Source: Deltaproteobacteria bacterium (GTDB taxonomy: Bacteria > UBA10199 > SPLOWO2-01-44-7). From it: a stretch of 64,000 nt of DNA. The stretch is taken from assembly GCA_030648035.1 (NCBI GenBank), contig JAUSII010000035.1:15611-79610 (forward strand). Direction: 5' to 3'. Under the pieces are notes generated by a model. The model made no database searches and was not told where the DNA came from. It saw only the letters and a program-made list of their open reading frames with translations. This document shows positions 48,775 to 57,642 of the stretch, in pieces. The position numbers and the translations under genes are program-made. Positions within the stretch are counted from its first letter, which is position 1; each line of letters begins with the position of its first letter.

Positions 48775-49282
48775 GGAGCCCTTGCCCAATCTTTCTTTCC
48801 AGGTAATCGGCGGTCATGATGCCGGAAAATTTGTCATAAATTGTTCCGTGGGAATCAATAAAAAAAGTTTCCGGAACGCCGCCAACGCCGTAATCGATTG
48901 CCGTTTTACTCTCTTTATCCGTAAGGACCGTAAACGGTTCTCCATATTCTTTCAGGAATCTCTGTACAGATTCTTTTTTGTCCTGATAGACAACCCCCAA
49001 AAACACAACACCCTCTTTTTCATAAATTTTACGGCCTTCGTTGAAAATTTTGTGTTCCATAAGACAGGGGCCGCACCAGGTGGCCCAAAAATTCAGGACC
49101 ACAGGATGTCCCTCAAACGATTTCAGGGAGATTTCTTTACCCTCCAGCGTTTTAAGGGAAAAATCGGGGGCTTTTTTGCCGGTCATGGTGGAGGGAAGCT
49201 CTCTGGCATCGCGGGTCAAACCAAAAGCAAGGAGTGCCAGAATCGGAACAACAATGACAAAAAATAAAATCCAGCGTTTCAT
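48767..49282 (-). CDS. ccmG: Thiol:disulfide oxidoreductase CcmG/DsbE (TlpA family)
   Basis: N-terminal anchor helix and thioredoxin motif NFWATWCGPC. ATG 49282; the 115 upstream codons of the track ORF are not credible. Confidence 0.8.
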   Translation of the reverse strand: MKRWILFFVIVVPILALLAFGLTRDARELPSTMTGKKAPDFSLKTLEGKEISLKSFEGHPVVLNFWATWCGPCLMEHKIFNEGRKIYEKEGVVFLGVVYQDKKESVQRFLKEYGEPFTVLTDKESKTAIDYGVGGVPETFFIDSHGTIYDKFSGIMTADYLERKIGQGLHE

Positions 49283-49369
49283 GGGGCGTTTTATATGCCT
49301 GATCGGCATCTTGGTAAAGTTGTTTTTATGGACTTCTGCGAGGGGGATTGTTATGAATGCGCCCATCCC

Positions 49370-50749
49370 ATGATTCACGCTACTATCGAAGGTCAGCGGG
49401 TGGAGCTCTCCCCGGAGTTGGTCGAAAAATACAATCGGCCGGGGCCCCGCTATACCAGCTATCCCACCGCCCCGACCTGGTCGGAAAATTTTTCTTCCGC
49501 CGATTATCAAAAGCAGTTGGAGACCAGCAATACCAAACATCTTCCACTGTCCCTTTATTTTCATATTCCGTTTTGTGAAGAGCGGTGCACCTTTTGTGCC
49601 TGTTCGGTGGTGGCAACCAAAAAACATGCGGTGGCAGAACCCTATCTGAATATTTTGCTGGGTGAAGTGGATCGTGTTGCGTCATACATCGATCGGTCCA
49701 GGCTGGTGGAACAGATCCATCTGGGCGGCGGAACACCGACTTATCTTGATTGTGGTCAGTTGGAAAGTTTGGTTGGGGCCATTCATAAAAATTTTTCAAT
49801 TTCAAAAAATGCCGAAATTTCGATTGAAATTGACCCGCGCGTTACTACCGATGCCCAGCTCACAACGTTGAGAAAATTGGGCTTCAACCGGACGAGTCTG
49901 GGGCTACAGGATTTTGACGCCGAAGTGCAGGATGCCTCCGGTCGTATTCAGACCGAAAACGAAACGAGACATGCCATTGAAACCTGCCGCGCTTTGGGAT
50001 TTTCCAGTGTCAACGTTGATCTGGTTTATGGCCTTCCCAGACAGACGCCAGAGAAGTTTCAGTCCACGCTTAAAAAGGTTCTCTCTTTGAATCCTGATCG
50101 CATCGCCCTTTTCAACTTCGCCTATGTGCCGTGGTTACACGCGCATCAGAGAAAAATTTCCGAGGGCGATTTGCCCGGTGGTTGGACCAAACTGGAAATG
50201 TTTTGCACGGCGATCGATATTTTTCAGAATGCCGGGTACGATTTTATCGGCCTTGATCATTTTGCCAAACAGGGAGACGAACTTTTAAAAGCCCGTCGCG
50301 AGGGGACGATGTATCGCAATTTTCAGGGCTACACCACCAAGGCCCAATGCGACATGCTGGCCTTTGGTGTCACCGCGATCGGTTATGTTGACGGGGCTTT
50401 TGTGCAGAACGCCAAAAAATTGAAGGACTATGAAGACGCCATTTCTCAAAAAGGATGGGCAACCTGCCATGGGATGAAATTAAGTGGGGATGACCTGAAA
50501 AGGCAGTGGGTCATTCGTGAAATTTTTTGCCATCAAAAAATAGACAAGAAAAAATTCGATGGTGATTTTGACCTCTATTTTGAAAAGGAAATAAAAAGTC
50601 TGGAGGTTTTGGAGCAGGACGGCATCGTCGCTTTGGGCCGGGATCAAATTACAATCACACCATTGGGGCGGTTCTTTCTAAGAAACGTCGGCATGGTTTT
50701 CGACGCCTACTTCAAAGAGGGTCAAAAGAAGTTTTCAAAAATCATTTAA
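49370..50749 (+). CDS. hemN: Oxygen-independent coproporphyrinogen III oxidase (radical SAM)
   Basis: YNRPGPRYTSYPTAP N-terminal motif and radical-SAM CEERCTFCAC. The start is ambiguous (49295, 49328 or 49370). 49370 gives an E. coli-like N-terminal length and leaves room for a promoter. Confidence 0.8.
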   Translation: MIHATIEGQRVELSPELVEKYNRPGPRYTSYPTAPTWSENFSSADYQKQLETSNTKHLPLSLYFHIPFCEERCTFCACSVVATKKHAVAEPYLNILLGEVDRVASYIDRSRLVEQIHLGGGTPTYLDCGQLESLVGAIHKNFSISKNAEISIEIDPRVTTDAQLTTLRKLGFNRTSLGLQDFDAEVQDASGRIQTENETRHAIETCRALGFSSVNVDLVYGLPRQTPEKFQSTLKKVLSLNPDRIALFNFAYVPWLHAHQRKISEGDLPGGWTKLEMFCTAIDIFQNAGYDFIGLDHFAKQGDELLKARREGTMYRNFQGYTTKAQCDMLAFGVTAIGYVDGAFVQNAKKLKDYEDAISQKGWATCHGMKLSGDDLKRQWVIREIFCHQKIDKKKFDGDFDLYFEKEIKSLEVLEQDGIVALGRDQITITPLGRFFLRNVGMVFDAYFKEGQKKFSKII

Positions 50750-50752
50750 AAA

Positions 50753-52648
50753 TCAGACTCTTTTTTTCCAGGCAGAAATAAGAACGCCGGCGATAATAAA
50801 AAGACCGCCACTCCATATCCAGGAGACAGCGGGTGTCAGCAAAATGCGGAAGGTGGCTTGCTCTGTGGCGGGGTCAAAGGCCATGAGTGTCAGGTAAAGA
50901 TCATCTACTATGGTCGAGCGGATAGCAGGGGAACCGATCGGTTCGCGGCTGTTGGTGTAATAATTGAGCGTTGGTTTTAAAAACCCGATCGGATTTCCAT
51001 TTTTTGAAATAAGGGCCTGGGCCACGATTTCAAAACGCTGCGGTTTTTCCCTCGCAAAAAGATTGTCGAGTTGAATGCCATAATTTCCAATTTGCAGGGT
51101 CTCCCCCTTTTTCAGGGTAACCTGTAGTTCTTCCTGATAACTGCCAGAAAGAGAGATGCCGATGGCGATGACAATGATACCGATATGAGTGACAAAGCCG
51201 CCATAACGTCTCGGGTTGATCGAAAAAATTTTCAGAACAGATCTGTTTTGACGGGCTATTTGACCCATTTCTATCAGCATGATGCTCAAAGAGAGAGTTG
51301 AGAAACCGATGGTGGTCAGCACAAACCCTTTTTGAATGCCCAGAGCAAAAGCGCAGACAACGGTGACAATAGCCAATAAAAAAGGAGGTAATAAAATTTT
51401 GGAAAAGAGCGTTTTCGCGTCGGCTTTTTTCCACGGTACTGCAGCGCCCACCCCCATCAGCAGAATAATGGCCAAGGCCAGCGGGACGGTCATCTGATTG
51501 AAGAAAGGCCCGCCCACCGTCACCTTGATTCCTTTGAGGGCCTCCACAATGAGAGGATAGAGTGTTCCCAATAAAACGACGAAACAGAAAGTAACGAACA
51601 AAAGATTGTTGAAGAGAAAGAAAGATTCCCGGCTTAAAGGATGATCGAGTTTTCCGATGCTTTTAAATTGGGGTCCTTTCCAAAGTAACAGCGCTGTGGA
51701 AACGATGAGTGTTACTGCAATGGCCATCAGAAAATAGTGGCCGATGCCCGACTCACTGAAGGCATGCACACTCTCAAGGACGCCACTGCGAGTCAGAAAA
51801 GTTCCGAGGAGGGTGAGCAGAAAGGTGACAATGATAAGAAATAGATTCCAGATTTTGAGCATGTCGCGGCGTTGTTGCACCATGATAGAATGAAGAAAAG
51901 CGGTGGCGGTGAGCCACGGCATGAAGCTGGCGTTTTCAACCGGGTCCCACGCCCAATAGCCGCCCCATCCCAGCACGGCATAGGACCACCATCCGCCCAG
52001 AATAATGGCAACCGAGAGAAACATCCAGGCGAGCAGTGTCCATCGACGGGTGACTTCGACCCAACTGCGGGTCAGGTCGCCTGTAACCAGTGTGGCCACA
52101 GCAAAAGAAAATGGAATACTCATGCCGACATAACCCAAATACAGCATGGGGGGGTGTATCGCCATGAGCCAATGATTTTGCAGTAAAGGATTGGGACCGG
52201 GGCCATTGTCGGGAACAGGAAATACCGTTTGAAACGGGTTCGCCGGAATGGCCAGCACCATATAGAAAAAAAGACCGATGGCAAAAAGAGTGATGGCCAC
52301 CCACGGCATCCATTTTTCAAAATCGTTTCGATAATGATAGAGGCAGGCGGCAGTGTAGGCCGACAAGATCCATCCCCATAAAAGAATCGAACCCTCCAGA
52401 GAACTCCAAAGAGAGATGGCGGCAAAAAAGCGCGGCGTTTCCACTGCGCCAACATGCGCCACATAGCTGACGCTGAAGTCGTTGGTGAGCAGGGCATAGA
52501 CCATGCTTAAACTGGCCAGCGTCATGGCAAAAAAATTGAAATAGGCAAAACGGCGAAAACCTTTTCCAAAATAGGCAGAAATAATGCCAATCAGGCAGGA
52601 GGCCAAACTCGAATAAATTAAAATGTTTCCAAAAAGATTGATATTCAT
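50753..52648 (-). CDS. ccmF: Cytochrome c heme lyase subunit CcmF
   Basis: 631-aa polytopic protein with the WWSYAVLGWGGYWAWDPVEN tryptophan-rich motif. Confidence 0.9.
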   Translation of the reverse strand: MNINLFGNILIYSSLASCLIGIISAYFGKGFRRFAYFNFFAMTLASLSMVYALLTNDFSVSYVAHVGAVETPRFFAAISLWSSLEGSILLWGWILSAYTAACLYHYRNDFEKWMPWVAITLFAIGLFFYMVLAIPANPFQTVFPVPDNGPGPNPLLQNHWLMAIHPPMLYLGYVGMSIPFSFAVATLVTGDLTRSWVEVTRRWTLLAWMFLSVAIILGGWWSYAVLGWGGYWAWDPVENASFMPWLTATAFLHSIMVQQRRDMLKIWNLFLIIVTFLLTLLGTFLTRSGVLESVHAFSESGIGHYFLMAIAVTLIVSTALLLWKGPQFKSIGKLDHPLSRESFFLFNNLLFVTFCFVVLLGTLYPLIVEALKGIKVTVGGPFFNQMTVPLALAIILLMGVGAAVPWKKADAKTLFSKILLPPFLLAIVTVVCAFALGIQKGFVLTTIGFSTLSLSIMLIEMGQIARQNRSVLKIFSINPRRYGGFVTHIGIIVIAIGISLSGSYQEELQVTLKKGETLQIGNYGIQLDNLFAREKPQRFEIVAQALISKNGNPIGFLKPTLNYYTNSREPIGSPAIRSTIVDDLYLTLMAFDPATEQATFRILLTPAVSWIWSGGLFIIAGVLISAWKKRV

Positions 52649-52655
52649 CGCGGCA

Positions 52656-53087
52656 CTATTGCACTAAATCTTTATAAAGAATAGCAGGCTTTTCTCCTTC
52701 TTGCGGAGGGCGGTATTCATTGGAGTGTTTGACCATCAATCTTTCAGCTTGAAAGGTCCCCTGTGCCAGCAATTTTCCTTCAAGCACAACCCCCATTTCA
52801 TCTTGAAACATCTGTGGAGGCGTCTCTTCGCTCACGATAGGAATTTCATGGGTGCCATCGGTAACAATAAAATGAAGCACGGGTGGAGATGGTTTCCAGT
52901 CGATCGTCCCCTTTTTCACCGTTCCCCCCAAACGGACCGAACGGCCAAAAGCATGGTCTCCCTTGGCCAACAATTCTGTGGGGGTGACAAAATAGACGAT
53001 GTTTTTCTCGAGCTTGCCGAAAAGAAGAAAGCCGATCGACCCCAAAATAACGACCAGACCCAAAATTATGCCGATTCTTTTTTGCAT
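52656..53087 (-). CDS. ccmE: Heme chaperone CcmE
   Basis: N-terminal anchor, OB-fold body and C-terminal heme-binding KHSNEY motif. ATG 53087. Confidence 0.85.
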   Translation of the reverse strand: MQKRIGIILGLVVILGSIGFLLFGKLEKNIVYFVTPTELLAKGDHAFGRSVRLGGTVKKGTIDWKPSPPVLHFIVTDGTHEIPIVSEETPPQMFQDEMGVVLEGKLLAQGTFQAERLMVKHSNEYRPPQEGEKPAILYKDLVQ

Positions 53088-53194
53088 TGTTTGATCCTTA
53101 TAAAAAGTGAAATGGCGTAACCTGCCAAAACAATCCATGTCAACGCATAACCGGCTACCACAAATTCCTGTCCCCCTTGTATGACGCCTGTCAT
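53066..53194 (-). CDS. ccmD: Heme exporter protein CcmD (42 aa, absent from the ORF track)
   Basis: Hand translation gives MTGVIQGGQEFVVAGYALTWIVLAGYAISLFIRIKQCKKESA. The ATG overlaps the ccmC stop (ATGA), and the 3' end overlaps the ccmE start by 22 nt. Single TM helix in the canonical ccmC-D-E position. Confidence 0.75.
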   Translation of the reverse strand: MTGVIQGGQEFVVAGYALTWIVLAGYAISLFIRIKQCKKESA

Positions 53195-53847
53195 ATTTTT
53201 TCCTCCATTCTCTTGTCTTCGAGTTTTTCGCGGCTCCTGCTTAATTGAAAACGATAATAGATGAAGGAAATGAGCACCAGAAGAAAGGCAATCGCACCCA
53301 GCCGCAAGCTCATCACCATCTGCGGATCAACTGTTGAGGGAGAAGATTGCACCTGATGGAGCGTGCGCCACCAGCGAACCGACATATAGACAATGGGGAC
53401 GTTTAAGAAAATAATCACACCCAGCGGAGCACTCAAACGGGCTCGCCGGGTTCTATCTTCAATAAACCCGCGAAAGGTCAGATAGCCGACATACAAAAAA
53501 AGCAGAATCGCCGTGGTGGTGAGCCGGGCATCCCATGTCCACCAGACCCCCCAGGTCGGTTTTCCCCAGATGGAGCCCAGGCAGAGTGTCAGTGCGGTCA
53601 GAGTGCAACCCACTTCTGCCGCAGAGCTGGCAAGATGATCCCAGAAAATATTTTTGCGGAACAGATACATCAGGCTCGCGATGAAGACGACAAAGAAGGC
53701 GATGAAAGAATTCCATGCGGCGGGAACATGCACATACATCAGCTTTTGCACCTCACCCATGAGTGAATCGGTTGGCGAATGAAACAGTCCCCAGTATTGG
53801 GCGAACAGAAAGAAAGCCACCACAAAGAGTATCCAAATTTTTTTCAT
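53191..53847 (-). CDS. ccmC: Heme exporter protein CcmC
   Basis: Trp-rich WGKPTWGVWWTWDARLT motif and a six-helix profile. Confidence 0.9.
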   Translation of the reverse strand: MKKIWILFVVAFFLFAQYWGLFHSPTDSLMGEVQKLMYVHVPAAWNSFIAFFVVFIASLMYLFRKNIFWDHLASSAAEVGCTLTALTLCLGSIWGKPTWGVWWTWDARLTTTAILLFLYVGYLTFRGFIEDRTRRARLSAPLGVIIFLNVPIVYMSVRWWRTLHQVQSSPSTVDPQMVMSLRLGAIAFLLVLISFIYYRFQLSRSREKLEDKRMEEKI

Positions 53848-54525
53848 TTATGCCTCCATTAACGGTCCAATCACCAAAAGAGTAGCCGATAAAAAGACGG
53901 CATCAAATACAACCAGCATTTGAAGCCACGACTGCAACTGATTGATCAGCGATTCTTCAAGCGAGAGTTGTGTCGCATAGACCGCCGCCAAAAGCAAGGG
54001 AGTGAGCATCGGAAAAAGGAGTAGCGGAAGCAGGGTGGCCTTCGCTTTTGTTTTGGCGATAAGGGCCGCGTAGAAAGTTCCCAGCGTGGCCACACCCAGA
54101 ATACCCAGAAAAAAGGTCAGGAAGAGAGAACCGATATTTTGCGGCGCGGGCAGGTTAAACAAAATAGTCATCAATATCATCACCAAAAAACCCACCAGTG
54201 CGATGAAAATAAAATTGGTCAGCAGTTTTCCCAAAAACGTGGCGTGATGGCTTCGGGAATACAAAAGAAGATGGTCGAAACAACCCTCTTCCATTTCGGA
54301 TTGATAGGATTTTTCCAATGCCAGAATGGCGCTGAAGAAAACCACGAGCCATAAAAGTCCCGGAGCCATTTTTTTAAGAAGTGTTGGGTCGGTGCCGATG
54401 GCAAAACTGAAAAGAAAAATAATGATGGCGCTGAAAAAGAAAAGGGTGTTGAGGATCTCTCTTTTTCTCAATTCAGAGAGAAGATCTTTGTGGCAGATGG
54501 CATAGAGAGCCCGCAGGAATTTCAT
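53848..54525 (-). CDS. ccmB: Heme exporter permease CcmB
   Basis: 225-aa polytopic protein between ccmA and ccmC. ATGA overlap with ccmA. Confidence 0.85.
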   Translation of the reverse strand: MKFLRALYAICHKDLLSELRKREILNTLFFFSAIIIFLFSFAIGTDPTLLKKMAPGLLWLVVFFSAILALEKSYQSEMEEGCFDHLLLYSRSHHATFLGKLLTNFIFIALVGFLVMILMTILFNLPAPQNIGSLFLTFFLGILGVATLGTFYAALIAKTKAKATLLPLLLFPMLTPLLLAAVYATQLSLEESLINQLQSWLQMLVVFDAVFLSATLLVIGPLMEA

Positions 54526-55196
54526 AGAACAATCTCCCCCGGCATCTCTTTGACGTTGCCAAACCAGGCCAAATGCCCTGCATTCAAAACAAGCGCTTTG
54601 TCACACAGGGGCAAGACCTCCGGATGGTCGTGAGAGGCCAGCACAACGGTAATCCCTTCCCGTTTCCATTCCGCAATCAGCTTGTTCATCAGGATTTTGC
54701 CGATCCGGTCGAGGTTGGTGTGGGGTTCGTCGAGCAGAATCAGCTCGCAAGGCATCGATAATATTTTGGCCAGCGCCAGGCGCTTCCGCATGCCGGTGGA
54801 AAAAGAGCCGACCGGTTTGTCTTTCAATCCCGCCAGCCCGACTTGGGCCAACACCTCCTCCATACAATGAAGCGAAATTTTTTCGCCACGCATATTGGCG
54901 GCAAATTTCAAATTCTCCCCGGCGGTGAGTGTTTTATAAAGCCCCAATTCATGGCCCAGCCATTGCATTTTTTTGCGGATGGCACCAACCCCTTTTTGAA
55001 GATTGTGCCCCAAAATTTCGCCCTCACCTGCGGAAGGCGAAAGAAGGGTGGCCATAATTTTAAGCAGTGTCGATTTGCCGCAACCATTGGGACCCAGAAG
55101 GGCGATACATTCACCGGACTTTGCCGAAAAATGGATATCCTTCAGCGCCCATTTGGAAACATAGCGATGACGAATTTTTTGGAGTTCAATAGTCAT
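54522..55196 (-). CDS. ccmA: Heme exporter ATPase CcmA
   Basis: Walker A GPNGCGKST, signature FSTGMRKR, Walker B LILLDEPHTNLD. Confidence 0.85.
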   Translation of the reverse strand: MTIELQKIRHRYVSKWALKDIHFSAKSGECIALLGPNGCGKSTLLKIMATLLSPSAGEGEILGHNLQKGVGAIRKKMQWLGHELGLYKTLTAGENLKFAANMRGEKISLHCMEEVLAQVGLAGLKDKPVGSFSTGMRKRLALAKILSMPCELILLDEPHTNLDRIGKILMNKLIAEWKREGITVVLASHDHPEVLPLCDKALVLNAGHLAWFGNVKEMPGEIVL

Positions 55197-55243
55197 TGTT
55201 ACAATGGATTTGTGTTGAGCGGAGAGGGATTGTCAAGCAGAGG

Positions 55244-57328
55244 TTAAGCAGGTATTTTTATTCTCCACCCATCGGCCACCGCTTGCACCGCTTTTTTGAG
55301 GTTCGGAAAAGATGTTTCATTGAGTTCTGTGAGAATAGCAACCCTTTCTTCCACCGGTCTGACTTTCAAAAGCTGGTGAAGATAATAGGGTAATTGTTCA
55401 CCAAAACCGTCGGTGCAATCCAGATATTCCAGCATCAAATAGGTCGCCTCCATATAGCGACGCCCCAGATATCTTTCCGGTTCCGCCAACGCTCCTGTGT
55501 TGCGCCCCTTCCAAACAACACGCTCAATATTTTTTCTGACAGTGGAAGAATTTAATAATCGCCTTAAATCTTTGGCGCGCGAAAGCCGAGCCAAAAAGAG
55601 ATCTCTGGCATCATCACTTTGCCCCTCAAAAAAGTTTTTTTGAATCGCTTCAAAAACGGTGGCGATGACCATTTCATGAACAGAGTCCTTAGAAGCGGTT
55701 TTGCTCATCAGTATTTCAAGGCGATGATGGAGGCGTATTAGCCTCACTTCCAAAAGACTCAAATCCTTCTCTTTAAACAGGCCTTGCACCGTCTTTTTTG
55801 CCTCGTCCTGAAGCATTAGAAGCGGTTTTGTGGAGGGTTTTTGTAAAATCATCTGAAAGTGGGCCCAAAGTGCCGCCCATGTTTCAGATAGTTTTTCCAA
55901 TTGCGGGTGTAAAAGAATTCTTCGAATAGCCTGGGGGATCCTCTCCTCAAACGCATTCTGAAAGGTCTCGAAATAGACCGCCATGTCGGAATCGACTGCG
56001 CACAAAGTTTTGTCCGTGGCGAGAACGGCCGCAAGAATCTTGTTCATCATGGGAGTGTCCAACATCCACCCTAAAAGGTTGTCTGTGAGCCATTTTTCAA
56101 AAGAGAGTCGAATGAGAGATTGATACTGTTCCCCTTTCATTTCTTTCTCCAAAAGGGCTAAAAAAGTGGCCCACAGATTCAGGCTTGTGGGATCTACATA
56201 AAGCTCTTTGGTAAAAATGGCTCTGAATTGTTCCTCGTATTTTTGAAGAGGGGGATGTTTTGAAAACAGGACAATCGCATTGCAAATCCACAAGGCTTTT
56301 GAATTGCCGCGGTTTGTCTCCTGAACCATGCTGGAGAAAAGTTCCTCGCGCCTTGTCTGATATTTAAATGCAAAATCAGGTATTTCATCCCACTTTCTGT
56401 CATGGGCCAGTTGTTCCAGTTTTTGAATGGCCGCGGCATTGTGTGTTTGCCATGCGGTCAATAAGGTATCGAGAATTATCCGTTGAAAATCGTCGGTGTC
56501 GAAACCGTTTCTTTGGAGGAAAACTTCCAGAACCCCCACCTTTTTAAAATCGTAGGCGGGATCGAGCATGGCCTGAATAATGGCGTGGCCAAACCAAGGT
56601 TCCTCTTCCTCTTTTGCTCCGATGAGAACCTGTATGCGATCAAAAAGAGTTTCCATTCTGGCATCGCTTTTCAAAATCACCCCCTTTAAAATTCGCGCCG
56701 GAATTTCAGCCTTTATTTCCGGAACCAGATCCTGAAAACGGGGGAGAAAACGGGTTTGAATGACTGCCGCGACATGACTAAAATGGGGCATGTCCAGATA
56801 GCCTGAAATAAATTCCTGAAACAGGGACTCCCAGAAAGCGTGAATATCCCCCCTGCCTCTAAGAATGGAGTGAATTTCAAAAAGATCGCCCAGAAGAATA
56901 TCCGATTTTTCCCCGTCGAGCGCTTTTGGAAAATGGACATCGACAGGTTTGTGCCTTAAAAAAAGAGCGTTCATTTCACGCGTGGCATAATCGGTATTTC
57001 CATCGTCCGGTTTTGGAAGCCCCACTTTTTGGGAGCGAACCCCCGGATCTTTTTCAAAGGTCGGGAGAATTGGGGTGATCGAGAAGCCGGGAGGAACACT
57101 TTTTCTGCCAACCTGCGGACCCGGTGCCGCCGCAAAAAGACGGGGTTGCATGGGAATGGGGTGAAGTGTGTCGATAAACAGTTTTGTCCAGAGTGGAAGT
57201 GGAGAAGAGACGACAAACAATGATTGCGACAAATCCGTTTCTGTCTGTGCGAGCGCTGTTTCCCCAAGATTCGCCATTTGAACGGCCGAGACAAAACTGG
57301 GGATGTTTGTAAAATCGATTGTGGCCAT
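55244..57328 (-). CDS. Hypothetical 694-aa helical-repeat protein with a Pro-rich N-terminal region
   Basis: Long clean ORF with no TM helix or signal peptide. The Pro-rich first ~130 aa are followed by an all-helical composition. Starts 2 nt after the preceding ORF and ends 47 nt upstream of ccmA. No family recognised. Confidence 0.6.
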   Translation of the reverse strand: MATIDFTNIPSFVSAVQMANLGETALAQTETDLSQSLFVVSSPLPLWTKLFIDTLHPIPMQPRLFAAAPGPQVGRKSVPPGFSITPILPTFEKDPGVRSQKVGLPKPDDGNTDYATREMNALFLRHKPVDVHFPKALDGEKSDILLGDLFEIHSILRGRGDIHAFWESLFQEFISGYLDMPHFSHVAAVIQTRFLPRFQDLVPEIKAEIPARILKGVILKSDARMETLFDRIQVLIGAKEEEEPWFGHAIIQAMLDPAYDFKKVGVLEVFLQRNGFDTDDFQRIILDTLLTAWQTHNAAAIQKLEQLAHDRKWDEIPDFAFKYQTRREELFSSMVQETNRGNSKALWICNAIVLFSKHPPLQKYEEQFRAIFTKELYVDPTSLNLWATFLALLEKEMKGEQYQSLIRLSFEKWLTDNLLGWMLDTPMMNKILAAVLATDKTLCAVDSDMAVYFETFQNAFEERIPQAIRRILLHPQLEKLSETWAALWAHFQMILQKPSTKPLLMLQDEAKKTVQGLFKEKDLSLLEVRLIRLHHRLEILMSKTASKDSVHEMVIATVFEAIQKNFFEGQSDDARDLFLARLSRAKDLRRLLNSSTVRKNIERVVWKGRNTGALAEPERYLGRRYMEATYLMLEYLDCTDGFGEQLPYYLHQLLKVRPVEERVAILTELNETSFPNLKKAVQAVADGWRIKIPA

Positions 57329-57330
57329 GG

Positions 57331-57639
57331 TCAGATTTCCACTTTATCGTCGGAGAGGGGCACTCGTTCCGGCAAAACAGCATTGGGAAGATAGAGATGT
57401 GGGGGAGCCACTTCATATGTTACCCATTCAGGAGAGATAGAGGTCATGCTTCTATCTTCTTTTCGATGATAAACGCTTTGTGCCAGTATCTCCCCACTTG
57501 TCCCCTGCAGAGCAAATTCCAAAACGCCCTCAAAATCGAGATATTTTATAAACCCACCAGCCAGCCAGCTGTCCAGCAGAGATTGAAAATTGTCCGCCGA
57601 TATTTTACCCCCGGGGAGTTGAGGTATGACCATCGTCAT
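57331..57639 (-). CDS. Hypothetical 102-aa protein
   Basis: Tightly packed between two hypothetical genes (3-nt and 2-nt gaps). GKISADNFQSLLDSWL...GVLEFALQGTSGEILAQSV faintly resembles DUF4388/PATAN-type small domains; this is speculative. Confidence 0.5.
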   Translation of the reverse strand: MTMVIPQLPGGKISADNFQSLLDSWLAGGFIKYLDFEGVLEFALQGTSGEILAQSVYHRKEDRSMTSISPEWVTYEVAPPHLYLPNAVLPERVPLSDDKVEI

Positions 57640-57642
57640 TTT

